DNA of 64,000 nt from Eledone cirrhosa (GCA_964016885.1 OZ024741.1:195796001-195860000), one strand, 5' to 3'. Positions 26,598 to 42,023 are shown, numbered from the stretch's first letter. The notes: a model not told the origin generated them from the letters alone. Numbers and translations: made by a program.

Positions 26598-29500
26598 TTT
26601 AGTGAATTGGCCATAGGGTTATCTACTCCAGTAAATACCACTACATGCCAACCACTAATTTAATTTGTTTAGAAGATGTAAAAGAAATGACGATGTAGTA
26701 ATTGTAACATGACGAATACTTCGTAAAAGTGTATCAGTAACGATTTGCATTTATTGAAGTAGCTTGTTACAATTTTGGTAGTGAAACGTACCTCGTGCCA
26801 TGGTGTGGTGTAATCCTGAGGTATAGGATAGGATTAGAAAAAGTTTAGCATCTGTGCTTGGTGTGGTCAGTTCTAGAGTCGTGGTGAAAGAGAGTATACC
26901 TTTTGGCGTAACTATGCTTGGCCTTAAGGCCAGGCAGCCAAGAGGTGGAAAAGAGGTAGATTGTCCTTTGCTCCTTCTTTTATAATCTTTGAAACGGAAG
27001 TTCAAGGAGTATTCTAGAAATTCTACGGGAAGTAACTTTGGCTACTTCCCTTTGTCTAGAGAGCGCTACAAGACTCCCCTCTCAGACGAGAAGTCGAATA
27101 ACCAGCCGAAGGTCATTGTAGCGTGAAGCCGTAAGAAATGAGGAGCAAAGCAAAGGTACAAGAAGGTGCATGAATGAAACATAAGCTCGCAACTGAAGCA
27201 AATAGCATTAAAAAAACACAAAACAAGTAAATGCATTTGACAAAGAAAAAATGTAAATGTAACAAAACTGATAATTCAAAGTTAACATAAAGGAACACAT
27301 CAATCAAAAAATGAATGAATGAATGCAAGAAGAAAATTATGAATGAGGCGCTAAGGGGCCAGTGTTATGTATGCCGCTGTGTCAAATGACTGGCTGTTTG
27401 CTATTTATAACATGACCCCTCGGGGTCTAATAGAAAACAAATAAAGTCTGACATGGGCGAAAATGTGCAAAATGTTTTCAAAGTTGCTGTTCTTGCATTA
27501 ATTGTTATAAAAGTTGTTGTTGGCGGTGGCGCTAAAAGTATGAAACTACCACTTCTGTTATGTTGCTGTGAAATCGCCGTTGGTGTTGTGGCTGTAGTTG
27601 TTGTGGTAAATGTTTTACCAGTAGCTGTTGTTGATGATGATGTTGTTCATGTCCAACGATTCCAAGGTAGGTTGGTCAGTTGCAATGGCAACTAAATCGA
27701 TATGTGCAGGAGACGCAAGAGAACACACAGAAAGTCGAGATAGTGCGTCCGCAGGTATGTTGGAAGTTCCAGCTATGTGACGAATGTCACTGGTATACTG
27801 TGAGAAGAGATCCAGATGCCTATACGCTCTCGGAGAGTACTTGTCGGACTTGGATTGTAAAGCGAACGTTAACGGTTTGTGGTCCGTGAATATCGTGAAC
27901 TCCCGCCCCTCCAAAAGGTGGTGGAAGTGCTTCACGGCAAGATAAATCGCCAAAAGTTCTCTGTCAAAGGTGCTGTATCTCTGTTCTGCTGGTTTTAATT
28001 GGCGAGAGAAAAATGCCAATGGTTGAACTTGGTGATCGATTACATGATGCAAAACTGCGCCAACAGCACGATCAGATGCATCAACAGATAAGGAAAGTCT
28101 CGCATTTGCAACAGGATGGGCAAGGAAGGAAACTTTAGCTAGTTCAGACTTGACGGATTTAAAAGACTGCAATGATTCGGCAGAAAGTGAAATTTTTTCA
28201 TCTTTCTTTTTTGCAGCCCTTAAAAACTGTGTCAAGGGGAATAACTTGTCCGCACAGTTAGGAATAAAGCGACGATAAAAGTTAATTAATCCTAAAAAAT
28301 GGCGTAATTGTTTCGAGGATGTTGGTGGTGCTAACTGCTGAATTGCCTCTACTTTAGCTGGCAATCTGGAACAAGTGGTCTGGGTGAGCCAGTAGAAATA
28401 TCGCAGAGAATTTTTCTTTCAGAAGATGGAAGAGGTAAATATTCCAATTTGCAGCAGGAGAACTGGTCAGAGGAAATTTCCAGCTAAGTTTCTTTTAAGT
28501 ATCTGACCGCAGAACGAACGTGCATAAAAATGGCCAGCAAGTGACGTCAATTTACGACGCAAGGTGTCGCAATTTTTTTACTGGCATTAATAAAGTAGCT
28601 CGTGGCCGAACTATTCTTTGAGATGAATAGCAATGAGTGTGTTGGTAAAATCCATCGCGCGGGAAAATGACGAAACGAAGAAGACAAGATGGCCGATAAT
28701 GAAAGAAAATAGAGCAAAAGACGCCATTTTGAATTTTTTCGGTGAATGATGAAAAAGGCTTGGTGGAAAGAGTAAGCAATAGCTGAAATTCAGCAAAAAT
28801 AAATATTCATATTGATGTGTAAAAAAAAATCCTATTTTTTTTTTTATGTTCGTTGTAAGAAGAAACGAAAAACATATATATATACATCCAGTGAAATTCG
28901 ACACATAGTTGATGTACGACACGTGCGTGAAAGGCAACATTTTCTGTTTATTTTGCTTGCTGAGAAATTTTTTATTTTTTTTATGTGTTCGTTATAAGAC
29001 AGTGTATGCGGAGAGAAATCCATGTCTAAGGCGGTCGGAGAGATTTCTTAGTCCGAAAAAAAAAAATATCACGTTAGGTGAGAGAAAAAGAGTCTGTCTG
29101 AACGAGAATTTCACATGTGTGTGTGTTCATTTCTGTGTCTACGTATTTTTCCTAGTTTGTTAATAAAGTTTGCTGCGTGTTCGAAATGTTGGTCGGCACA
29201 TTCCAACGAAAATGGGGTAACCATTTTTTTTAAGTAGTTGAAATATATCGTCCCGCGTCGGGTTCACCATTTTAGTGAATTGGCCATAGGGTTATCTACT
29301 CCAGTAAATACCACTACATGCCAACCACTAATTTAATTTGTTTAGAAGATGTAAAAGAAATGACGATGTAGTAATTGAAACATGACGAATACTTCGGAAA
29401 AGTGTATCAGTAACGATTTGCATTTATTGAAGTAGCTTGTTACAATTTTGGTAGTGACACGTACCTGTGGTGTAATCCTGAGGTATAGGATAGGATTAGA

Positions 29501-29711
29501 AAAAGTTTAGCATCTGTGCTTGGTGTGGTCAGTTGTAGAGCCGTTGGTGAAAGAGAGTATACCTTTTGGCGTAACCAGCCAAGAGGTGAAAAAGAGGTAG
29601 ATTGTCCTTTGCTCCTTCTTTTATAATCTCTGAAACGCAAGTTCAAGGAGTCTCCTAGAAATTCTACGGGAAGTTACTTTGGCTACTTCCCTTTGTCTAG
29701 AGAGCGCTACA
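26598..29711 (-). mobile_element. Internally deleted Gypsy LTR retrotransposon; LTRs 29271-29711 and 26598-27070; TSD CCTT
   Basis: Paired LTRs; PBS TGGTGAACCCGACG (tRNA-Trp-like) at 29254-29269; PPT gagagggga; 4-bp TSD. Confidence 0.92.
27615..28364 (-). pseudogene. pol: Gypsy pol fragment (RT thumb + RNase H)
   Basis: FLGLINFYRRFIP, VDASD.AVGAVL, YSTFDRELLA, FTDHKPL, NIPADALSR. Confidence 0.92.
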
Positions 29712-30245
29712 CCTTTATATATAAAGTTAATCATTTATTCTGGTTATTTCATCTAACAACTGTTAATTCCTTTCTAACAATTTCTTACTTATACCCTTCG
29801 TTAAATAAACGGGTACGAGCATGGGAGTATGTATCTGTGGGCGCCTGTGTGTGTGTGTGTGTATGTATGTGTGCATACATGTGTGTGTACATATCGATGT
29901 ATGAAAGGGTTTGTATGCCTGTATGTGCGTACATGTATGTATATATGTATACATATCAGTGGCGAAGGGTAACCTGGAAAGCGGGGTATACAGTCCAATC
30001 GCCATGGCGGAAAGTGGCGATGTGCATGACCCTCCCAGTCAAAGCCGCATGTAGTGTTATCTAGTGTGTGTGAGTGTGTGTTATCTTTTTTTGTGTCTAT
30101 GATTTAGCAGGCAGCCAAATTTTTTTCCATTTGTCGTTTTCGGTGCACCCGGCCGATTATCCCACTCGATATGCAAATTGGGCTACTCAGCCGTTAATAT
30201 GCATAAGGTAAGTATATACGTTCAACAATCTGGCAGAAGGGTATA

Positions 30246-30286
30246 CGTTGCTGACGATAGCTAATAAGCTTGAAACTAGTACAGCG
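30246..30286 (+). ncRNA. Minimal type I HHR (family D)
   Basis: cgttg-CTGACGA-tagct aata agctt-GAAA-ctag-TA-cagcg. Confidence 0.8.
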
Positions 30287-30615
30287 TTCCTTTGTCAGTG
30301 TTGAACACACGAGCAACGATGGTTGCTAGACACTACGGCTTAATACGGGATGTTTGTTTACAAACACACCGAGCATTATAATAAATGTTCGGTGAATCCA
30401 TACGTACATATATATATGTGTGCATGTATGTATATATATGTACATACTACGGTACGTCTATATACATATATGTATGTACGTGTACATACTTATATATATA
30501 TATATAAAAATAAATACATGCACAGTTAATACAGACCTCTCTATCACTCTAAGGTATAAGGCTAGCATTAATTACAGTGCAGAAAACAACTAACCACTAT
30601 ATATGTGTGTATAAA

Positions 30616-30677
<62 letters not shown>

Positions 30678-30682
<5 letters not shown>

Positions 30683-31261
30683 ATGATCATATATCATCAT
30701 CATCATCATCGTTTAATGTCTATCTTCCACGCTAGCATGGGTTAGACGGGAGTTGTCCCAATTTGGGGCAAGGTTGTCGGGTGACCGTGTCTCGCTCGTA
30801 TAGGACTATCTGGCAGGTTTTCTACGGCTGGATGCCCTTCCTAACACCAACCACATTTACAGTGTGGACTGGGAAGTTTTTACCGTGTTACCTACACGGT
30901 CACATTACAGCGGGGACTGTGTTTTTTGTCGTGACACCTACACGATCTCGATCTCATTATCTCATTTATTTGGACTGGATGTTGTGGTACCAACTTTACA
31001 GAGAAAGGGTGATGTTGGTGGGAGTGGGAGGATAGGGTAGGGGTAGTGGATTGGGGTGTATATTTGATTAAGAGGTGACTACTGACTGTAGGTTTCGCTT
31101 TGTACATAGGCAAGGCGGGTCTTCTGTATTACTGCGTAGCGCCTAAGATCTAGGTCCAGTGACATTGTCTTAGAGAGGTGTAAGTATGTAAGGTCGGAAT
31201 TTATCAAATTGTCCCAAGTTTTTCTGGGTCTGCTTACACCGTAGCTTCCATCAATTTTGAT
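30678..31261 (-). mobile_element. RTE LINE 3' fragment with (ATG)n tail
   Basis: IDGSYGVSRPRKTW..YAVIQKTR matches the RTE C-terminus at 57024-57308; the UTR matches 46503-46885. Confidence 0.8.
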
Positions 31262-32137
31262 AATCCCTTAGGATATCTGGCCTCTCCGCCAATGAGGATA
31301 TCTTTAGGGCCGCGGCCCCCTATTACAACGAAGCCCTAGCCCGTAGCGGTTTTAAAGATAAGATCTCTTATCTCAGAATAGCCCCACGCCCAACCAGGAG
31401 GAATAGGAAGAGGTAAATTAGCTGGTACAACCCCCCCCCCCCCCCTTCAACCACGAGGTATCTACACCTATAGCAAAAAATTTCTTTACTCTATTGCACA
31501 AACACTTCCCCACCCAACATAGGTACTACACCATCTTTAATAAGAATACAATCAGACTCTCTTACTCCACTACACCAAATCTAGCTAGGAACTTAGCCAA
31601 TATTAATATTACTAAGTTAAATAAGTCTAGTACTTCCGAAACACATCCCGGTACTGAGGTCCTGTGCAACTGTCATGATAAGGCTGCATGCCCCTTCAGC
31701 AATAAATGCCTTACAAAGTATATTGTATACAAATGTGATGTCATCTAGGCTCTGATGAAGAGAGAAAGACGTATATCGGGATGACCTCCAACAACTTTAA
31801 GACCCGTTGGTACGCACACACCCATTCTTTTCGACGCCCTGACAAGTCCAAACAAACAACACTCGCCGCCCATGTCTGGGACCTAAAAAGGAACTCCATC
31901 CCCTTTACGCTCAAATGGAAACTACTCCAGAGAGCGTGGTCTTACACAGGATGCCATAAATGTTGTGACCTTTGTATTTCCGAGAGTGACGAAATACTAT
32001 TCGCCAAAGACCTTTACTCAATAGACTCTCAGAACACTGCCCGAATTGCATGCACAAAAACTATGCAACTTACAAGTCATATAGACCAGTTCTTCCCGCT
32101 GAAAGATAATCCAATAAGACAACTGGATCGACATTAA
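31262..32137 (+). pseudogene. PLE 3' fragment (thumb end + GIY-YIG)
   Basis: SLRISGLSANEDIF, YYNEAL, WYNPP, CNC..CPF..C, YIGMTSNNFKTR. Confidence 0.85.
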
Positions 32138-32398
32138 ACATTAAACACACTCCCCCCCCTCCCCCCCTCCCCCTCGCCCACCTCCCACCCCAGCCCTACC
32201 TTCGTTTTGTTACCTTTCAAACTTATAACTTATACTTTACTTTTCTCTACTTGTATTTTATGTTACTTAATTTTAATTTATGTTATTTAATGGTTTTTCA
32301 TATCTTGATTGTTTCCTTAAATTTTCCCCTTTGTGTATTTTTATATGTGTTTATATGTGTATATATGTATATATATGTATATATGTGTATGTGTGTGC

Positions 32399-34135
<1,737 letters not shown>

Positions 34136-34529
34136 TGAACAAGTGTCTTTCATTCATTTTATTAATATTTATATTTTAATATTAATACCTCCGGAAAAAT
34201 ATTTTACCGTAGAGTGCTTCCAATCTACTGTAAAACTCATTCTTTGATATACTCATTGAATTTTGTTTAACTCTTCAATATATATATATATATGTGTGTG
34301 TGTGTGTATGTATATGTGTATGTATGTGTATGCGTATGTGTATATGTATATATACATATGTGTGTATATGTGTGTATATGTATGTATATATGTATGTATA
34401 TATATATATATATATGTATATATATGTATATATATATATATGTATATATAAGTATATATATATGTATGTATATATATATATATGTGTGTGTATATATATA
34501 TATATATATTTTTGAATTGTATATATATA

Positions 34530-34612
<83 letters not shown>

Positions 34613-35433
34613 ATATATATGTATATATGCGTGTACATATATGTGTGTGTATGTGTGTATATATATATGTATGTATATATTTATATATATATATATATAT
34701 GTGTATATATAGATATATATTTGTGTAAGAGTGTGTGTATATATATATAGATGTAAGTATATATATATGTGTATATATATATATATATTGCGTTGCTATC
34801 CTTCTATGTTTGTTTACTTGTCTCGCTCGCTTTACGCGATTTACTTGTCCCAATAGCTTTATTTAGCTATTGCTCGCACCAACTGGAGGTATATGATTTT
34901 TGAAGCGATGAAATACCAATGAAGGTTGGAAAATCACTGATGAAGGACTATTTTTATCATATGTAACCCATGTGCAACCACGCAGTATTCATTCTTCTCA
35001 TGTTTTTTATATATATAGATATGTATATATGTGTGTATATGTACATATATATATATATATACATGTATGTATGTGTGTCTGTATATATGTATATGTATGT
35101 GTATATATGTATTTATGTGCGTGTCTGTGTGTGTGTGTGTGCGCGTGGGCGCGTGGGTGTTGGCATGTGTGTCTATCACCTGGTCCCAACCTACCATTTC
35201 CACAGATGTTCGTTCAACTAATTGATATACCTTTTGTTCAAAATTGTACTATAGAATAAGGAAGTGTTTATTTCAATTGCAACTTGCCACTTAACTTCTT
35301 TCTCTAAATAAATTTTGATTTTTCTAAGAATCCCATCCTTTAATCCCACCATGACCGCCCCCCCCTCCCCCAACAACTACCCTTCCCTTACCATAACAAA
35401 ATGTATAACTACCAGAAATTTACATTGACAGTC

Positions 35434-35484
35434 GGCTTTCTGATGATTTCCTCCGAATGAAACAGTTCTAGTCCTGTAGAAGCC
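35434..35484 (+). ncRNA. Type I HHR with a true stem III hairpin
   Basis: ggcttt-CTGATGA-tttc ctcc gaat-GAAA-cag ttctagtc ctg-TA-gaagcc. Confidence 0.75.
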
Positions 35485-35578
35485 ATTTCTATATTAAATT
35501 ACTTTTACTCTGCTATGTATTGAGTACCTTACTTACTGTGGTTATCCCCGATTTAACCGGGGATCTACATATATATAT

Positions 35579-37844
35579 ATGAGTATGGGCGCCAGCGATT
35601 CTGCGGAGGTTACTGATCTTATCGGCCTTTTCCTTCTTTTCTCTATCAAGGAAGAATTTCCCAACGTGGGCGGTCGTTTGTACCGTGATGATGGTCTTTT
35701 GACCATGACAAAGTGCGGCCCACGTGCTTGCGACAGGTTCAGAAAAGAACTCACAGCCTTCTTTAAAGGCTTCAACCTCTCCATACAGGTTGAGGCCAAC
35801 CTCTCGGTCGTTAATTACCTCGACGTTACCCTCAATTTGTCGAATGGCTTGCACTACTCGTATAGAGAGCCGAATGATACGCTTAATTACATAAGTAAGC
35901 ATTCTAACCATCCTGCCAGCATAACCAAGAGCCTGGTAAGAAACGTTTCTTTGAGGCTTTCCCGTCTATTTACTAACGAGCATATTTTCAACGACCATTC
36001 CATATATTACAATGAAGCTCTTGCTCGGAGTGGATTTGTCGATAAGGTAGCATATACAGAATACGAGAATAAACCTAGAAAAAAATAGATCCCGACGCAT
36101 TATATGGTATAACCCACCATATAATATGGAGGTGGCCACACCATTAGCTAAGATCTTTCTCTCCCTTATTATGAAGCATTTTCACCCAACACATAACTAT
36201 AGTAAAATTTGTAATAGAAATACCATTAAAATTTCTTACTCAATGACTCGTAACCTTGCACATAACATCACAGCTTCAAATTTAGCTAACTACCTAGCCG
36301 TAGGAACACGTGCAACCCTGTAGCTAGTACTAACTGTAATTGTAGGAATCGGGTTGACTGCCCCCTATCCGGGAAATGCCTCTCTAGTAACATTGTCTAC
36401 ACCGTAGGGCCTACATAGGGTTAACAGCCAATAGATTCAAGCAGCATCTTTACATGCATACCCATTCTTTTCTTAACTCTTTAAGAAGCAATATGACGTC
36501 ACGTTCAGCTTATATCAGGAGACTAAAAGACAATCACACCCAATATAAGTTACACTGGAAGATCCTAGCTAGGGCTAGATCGTATAACGGAAATAAAAGA
36601 CCATGTGACTTCTGCGCCGCTGAGGCCCTGGAAATACTCTACGCCAAAGATCACATTTTAAACAAAAAATCTGAGGCAATTTCGGCTTGTAAACATAAAT
36701 TGCACAAAACTTTCCTGTATTACAACCCTACATTATACCCTAACGGATAGTACGAACTATACGCGGATATTTTACGTCTTGATGTGGTAGCTAAGTATAT
36801 GTTATGTTTATACCATTACTTATTTGTATAGGTAAGTATATATGTTTTGTGAAGGTACGTATACCTTCTCGTACGTATATTTGATTGTATATGTTATGGC
36901 GTATATATTATTTTTTCTGGTACATATGCTTTTGGTTATGTGTATACGTGAGTTTTGCGTCTGTGTGAGTATGCGGGTTCGTACGTATGTAGGGTGTGTG
37001 TATATGTGTACATCATGTTTTGGTTGACGTACGTCTCCGAACATAAGTGTATTTACATGTAGGTATGTGTGCGCGCTTGTTATATACGTATTTATTTATT
37101 TATATACGTTTATTTAATTATATGTATACACGCACACACACATATTTATATATATATATATTTTTAAATATATTTTTGTATGTATTTGGTGTATACATTC
37201 CTATGCGTGCGGGTACAGGCGTTGCGTGGGTTCTGTATGTGCGTGCGGTTTTTTATTTTGTCTTTTTTTGTGTACGTGCGTGTATTTGTATACCTATGGC
37301 GAGTGTTTTCGCGTATGCTTGTGTATGTACGTATATGGATGCGTGTATGTATTTATTTAATTTCTTTTACCTCTGTATTTTATTTACTTAATTCTTAACT
37401 CTGAAGCCGAGAATCATTCGGTTTCCTAATTAGAATTTTAGTCTACGACTTCAGTTGTACCATTTACGTGGTTTTGTCTTTGCGTGCAATTGTTCTCCCC
37501 GCTCCACATATGACGCATTATCTTCGTTTTTCCGTTCATTGCCAGAGAACGTCTCTATGAACCAGCTAATAGAATATTAATCTACTTCTTTTATACCATA
37601 AACGTGGTTTTGTCTTTGCGTGTAATTGTTTTTCACCGCTCCAAATAATGACGTATTATCTTCGTTTTTTCCCGTTCTTTGCCAGGGAACGTTTCCACGA
37701 ACCAAAGTATCGTCTTCCTGTATTCCTCCAGTTGCAACGGTTTTTGAAATATTCACTTCTGCGTTCACAGATTGACTTTGTTAGTTTCAGAAGATCCCGT
37801 TAAGGGTGAAAGCAGCGATTCTTTGCTTAAACTTTAATCTGTTA

Positions 37845-37850
<6 letters not shown>
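35579..37850 (+). mobile_element. 5'-truncated PLE (family E): ORF remnant 35579-36750 and pLTR
   Basis: SMGASDSAEVTDLIG, LYRDDGL, WYNPP, CNCR..CPL, CDFC. Confidence 0.88.
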
Positions 37851-37900
<50 letters not shown>

Positions 37901-38468
37901 TATATTCGTGTACAGATAGATATATCTGCATACACAAAAACAAAATTTAAACAGCAGCAAAAACAACAACAAAAAAGAGAGGGAACGCAATTACATGCTT
38001 TTGAAAAATCGTAATGGAAAATTATTTGCCTATTCACCCAAGGCGACTTCACTTTTCATTAGGACTTCTGCATTAATTTGTGAACATACGACGAAACATT
38101 GAAAGACGTAAGACAACACCACTCTCCACCACTGCGGTTCCACATGTAACTATTGATTTCATTGTACCATAGCACAACAAATACATGTTCGGTTTGTCGA
38201 ATGCCTTTTTACTTAACCCTATCGTCTTGGCTTTCGTGGGTTGAACATTTTACTCTCAGGCACCCAATTAAGTTAAACCTCTAGTAAACTACGACGAATT
38301 TTTTTCATAAGCACAAAATGTAGACACCATCCCGAGGCCGAGGTATTCCGTACTTCTCTGTACTGTTTCAGAAAGGAGGGATAAACATGCCAATCTATGT
38401 TTAGAATCCCGAGCAAAGCCGGGCCATTCTGCTAGTGTATATCTAAAATAGAGAATGTCTGTCTGTCA
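37735..38468. repeat. Inverted duplicate of ~17880-18640 (pLTR end + (TA)n + tandem Helitron junction)
   Basis: Continuous reverse-complement identity across three element junctions; Helitron CTAG at 38432-38435. Confidence 0.85.
37783..37833 (+). ncRNA. HHR-like fold, family E (CAGAAGA core)
   Basis: agttt-CAGAAGA-tccc gttaa gggt-GAAA-gcag cgattct ttgc-TT-aaact. Confidence 0.55.
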
Positions 38469-38532
38469 GTCTTGATATATATTTATACTTATCGAGCCCT
38501 CTTTGGATTTTAGTCTTCAAATTTATTATTAT

Positions 38533-38565
<33 letters not shown>

Positions 38566-38569
<4 letters not shown>

Positions 38570-41500
38570 AGTCGTTTAGAAGCCTCGACAATGCAAATGG
38601 GTAAATCTCCGGGTAACAAGATACGGTGGTGGAGAGAGAGATGTAAGTGGGTGTACGTTGAGATGCGTGGTGTGTATAAGATGTGTAAATGTGTAGAAGA
38701 AAGAAGGGAAGAGTATAAAGGATAAAATAAAAATAACAACACAAGAGAGAGTTACCTTGGGAGAGATTTAATAGTCCCTATATATTTCGGATTCACATCC
38801 ATCAACTGGGGTTTTTTTCCGGGGTAAAGGTTGTCTGTCGGACAGGTGTGAAACGCGTCCTCCGCTGTTTGTTGTTTTGAATATCTGAGGTATTCGGCAG
38901 AGCGCGCGTGCGCGTGAAATGGGGTCGGTCGGGCAGAGGTCAGCGGCCGAATGAGGGAGTGGGGTGGCGCTAGCTGTCAGTCCATTCTCTGCCTGTTTGT
39001 TAAATGTTAGTGTGTGTGTGTGTGTGCGTGTGTTGTTGTCTCGCTTGAGTGTGTGTGTGCGTGTGTTGTTGCCTTGTTCCTCTGTATTGACAGTGTAGTA
39101 TGTTCGTATGGTGGAATGCTACTGTGTGTGTGTGTAGTTGTCTCGTTTGTGTGTGCGTGTGTTGTGTGTTGTGTGTTGCTACATCGTTTGTTAACTTAAA
39201 CCAGCCATCTCATTTCGCTTCTCTCTAATCGGTTGTTTATTTGCGGTTGCAGGCATTTGATAAAAAGCGCTTCCTTGATACGTAACGTGCCGACGTTTCT
39301 TTCAGTCGCTAGAATTGTGACAATGGGCCTTCCGTCTTGTTTCCGCATTTGTCTATGTGTTTCCGGAAAGACGAGGCCCTGGTTTTAGTGTGTTCCTTGA
39401 TCCGGATGTGCAAAGGTCGGATTGTGCTACCTATGTAGTATTGGTTGCACCTGTCACATTCTATCTTATACACGACGTATGTGCGTAGGCAACAGTTCGC
39501 ATGGCGTATCGGGCAGTCTCTGAGGGAGCATGCGTCAGTAGATTTCCCGGGTTTCTTGGAGAGGCATCTTCGCAGGGAGGGGCCCGAGTGGGCCAGGTGG
39601 ATGTCGAGGCCCTCCCTCCGTATAGCCTTGCGGATAGCGTTGGTGGTATTCTCGCCCAGGTGTGGCATTTTAAGGAAGTACTTGCCTTGGGTGCCTCTCT
39701 GTCTCTTGTGTCTGGTGTTTCCTATTCTGTCTGTGATCGAGGTAGGGTACCCGTTCGTCTCCAGCACCTCGAGGAATCGCTTGGTATGAATGACACCACT
39801 CGCGGGATCGCTGCATCTGTTTTTGATTCGTGATGTATCCTCTTTTGGCACTGTTAGGGAGGGCGGACTTGTAGTGAACGAACAGGTCCCTGCAGGCTGC
39901 CTTTCGGTAGAAGTTGCAGTGGATCCTTCCCTGTTCCGTGATGTTGATTCGGAAGTCGAGGAGGGCAAGTGACCCGTCTTCGTTGGGGTGTTCAACACTG
40001 AAGTCAATGTTCTCGTCCGTGTTGTTGAACGTCTCATAGATTCTGTTCGCCGTGTCTTGGGAAGATGTGAGGATGAGGATATCGTCCACGTACCTTGAGA
40101 AAAAGGCTACGGCGTTGGGGTGGCAAGCGTTGAGTGCCTTGCGTTCGAGGTTGTCCATGTAAGAGATCGCTAGCACACCTGATAGGCTTGATCTCATGGG
40201 CAATCCCGAGGTTTGTTGGTATGTTTGGTCAAGGAATCCGAAGTAGGTGTTGTCGACGACGATGGATAGGAGTTGGTGGATGTCAGTGGTGGTGAGCCCG
40301 AAGCAGTGTAGGTCGGTGGATTGGACGCGTTCCATCAGTATATTGACGGCCGGGAGTGCCGGGACCGAGGTGTAGAGAGCGACTACATCAAGGCTGAAGG
40401 CATATCTGTTATTCCTTCTGGTGTCGGGATCCATTTGATGCAGGCGCTTCAACACCTCCTCGGAGCTGTTAACGTGTCCCGGCAAGGTGTCTAAGATGGG
40501 TTTGAGTATTCTGGCTAGGAGCCATGAAATTTTGTAGAGTGGTCTCTCCACGCTCGATACGATGGGCCTGATCTTCAGGTCGGGTCCCTGTTTGTGTGTT
40601 TTCACGAGGTGGTAGAAGGCGGGTAGTCTTCTGTTCCTCGTGAGGAGGTTGTTTCTCACCTTCTTCGGGAGCTTCCGCCGGTCGCAGATGTTGGTCCAGG
40701 CGGCGTTGATGTGCTCTTCTATCTGCGTGGGAGTGATTCCCGTGACCTTGGAGTAGAGGTTGTCATCATCAAGGTGTTGGAGGGCCAGGGTGTTGTAGGC
40801 CTCTCTGCTGATGACGCAGAATTCTTTTCCCTTGTCGGAGGGGAGATAGATGAGGTTCTTCGATTTTAGGTTGGAGAGAGTGGTGAGTTGAGATTTGGTG
40901 AGGTTGTGTGTTGTGCGTGTGTGTGTGTGTTTGTGAAGTATATCCGAGATGGAGTGTTTTAGCCTGATGAGTTTAGTGTCGAGTTGGTGGGTGAGGGGTG
41001 GAGTGGGTTGTCGGGGTGGTAAGTCGGGAACTTGGGGTGGGTTGCGTGGGCGCTGTTATTTTCTGTGACGCTGTTGATGGCGGTCACCCATTTAAGTTGG
41101 TAAGCGGCTCGACAAAAGTTGGCCTCAATGTTGAGTTTGAGTCTGTCGTCGAGTCGTTGTGAGACGATGAACTTGGGTCCGAGGTGTAGGAGTTTCAGCT
41201 CGTCGCTCGTGAGAGTGCCGGTTAGGTCGGTGACCAGGTGCGTCGCATCGTTGAGGTATGGCTCGGTGTTGGTGGATGCGGCGGTGGCGGTTGTTAAGTT
41301 GTTGTTTCCCACGTGGTTCTGGTCCGTCTGTTCGTTAGTGTCGATGTTCCCGTTGTGGCGTTTCGACAAGATCCACTCATATTTTCGCTTGAGCCGTTTT
41401 TTCTGGTATTGGACTCTGGAGTGGTAGCACTGGTCGATTGCTTTAGTGATTTTCAGGAGCAAGTCCCCGGGTGCTATTGGCAGTCGATGTGTCCGCTCTG

Positions 41501-42023
41501 AGAGTGTCCGCTTATGGATGTGTAATTGGCGGTTGAGATGTCTCAGGATCTGTTTAATACACGTGCGATGTATGCGGTTAGTGGTGTTTTGGAAAGCTGG
41601 TGTACGTAGGCTTACTGGTAAGCGAATGTTCCTTATGGAGTTGGGGATGACATCGTTTTTTCGGCAGCGTTTCAGGAAAATAATTTGACAGCCAGCGTTG
41701 TCCGACAGACAACCTTTACCCCGGAAAAAAACCCCAGTTGATGGATGTGAATCCGAAATATATAGGGACTATTAAATCTCTCCCAAGGTAACTCTCTCTT
41801 GTGTTGTTATTTTTATTTTATCCTTTATACTCTTCCCTTCTTTCTTCTACACATTTACACATCTTATACACACCACGCATCTCAACGTACACCCACTTAC
41901 ATCTCTCTCTCCACCACCGTATCTTGTTACCCGGAGATTTACCCATTTGCATTGTCGAGGCTTCCAAACGACTTAAAGATATTTACTTATTATTCCACAA
42001 TACTTCAAGCAAACTTCAATACT

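Larger units (their letters stand above)
26110..29761 (+). mobile_element. Second copy of the 6958-7660 LTR-like repeat, split by a Gypsy insertion
   Basis: Homology resumes exactly after the CCTT duplication. Confidence 0.65.

Noticed and set aside
27113-27328. Hydrophobic 71-aa ORF as an env-like gene
   Set aside because: Explained by T-rich composition; not conserved in the related element at 24900-25000
31075-31140. CAGAAGA...GAAA on the minus strand resembling a family E HHR
   Set aside because: No stem I; CAGAAGA is RTE coding sequence (IQKTR)
34937-34960. Isolated CTGATGA (also at 31753 and on the minus strand at 60931)
   Set aside because: No stem II/GAAA/stem I; two lie within TE coding remnants
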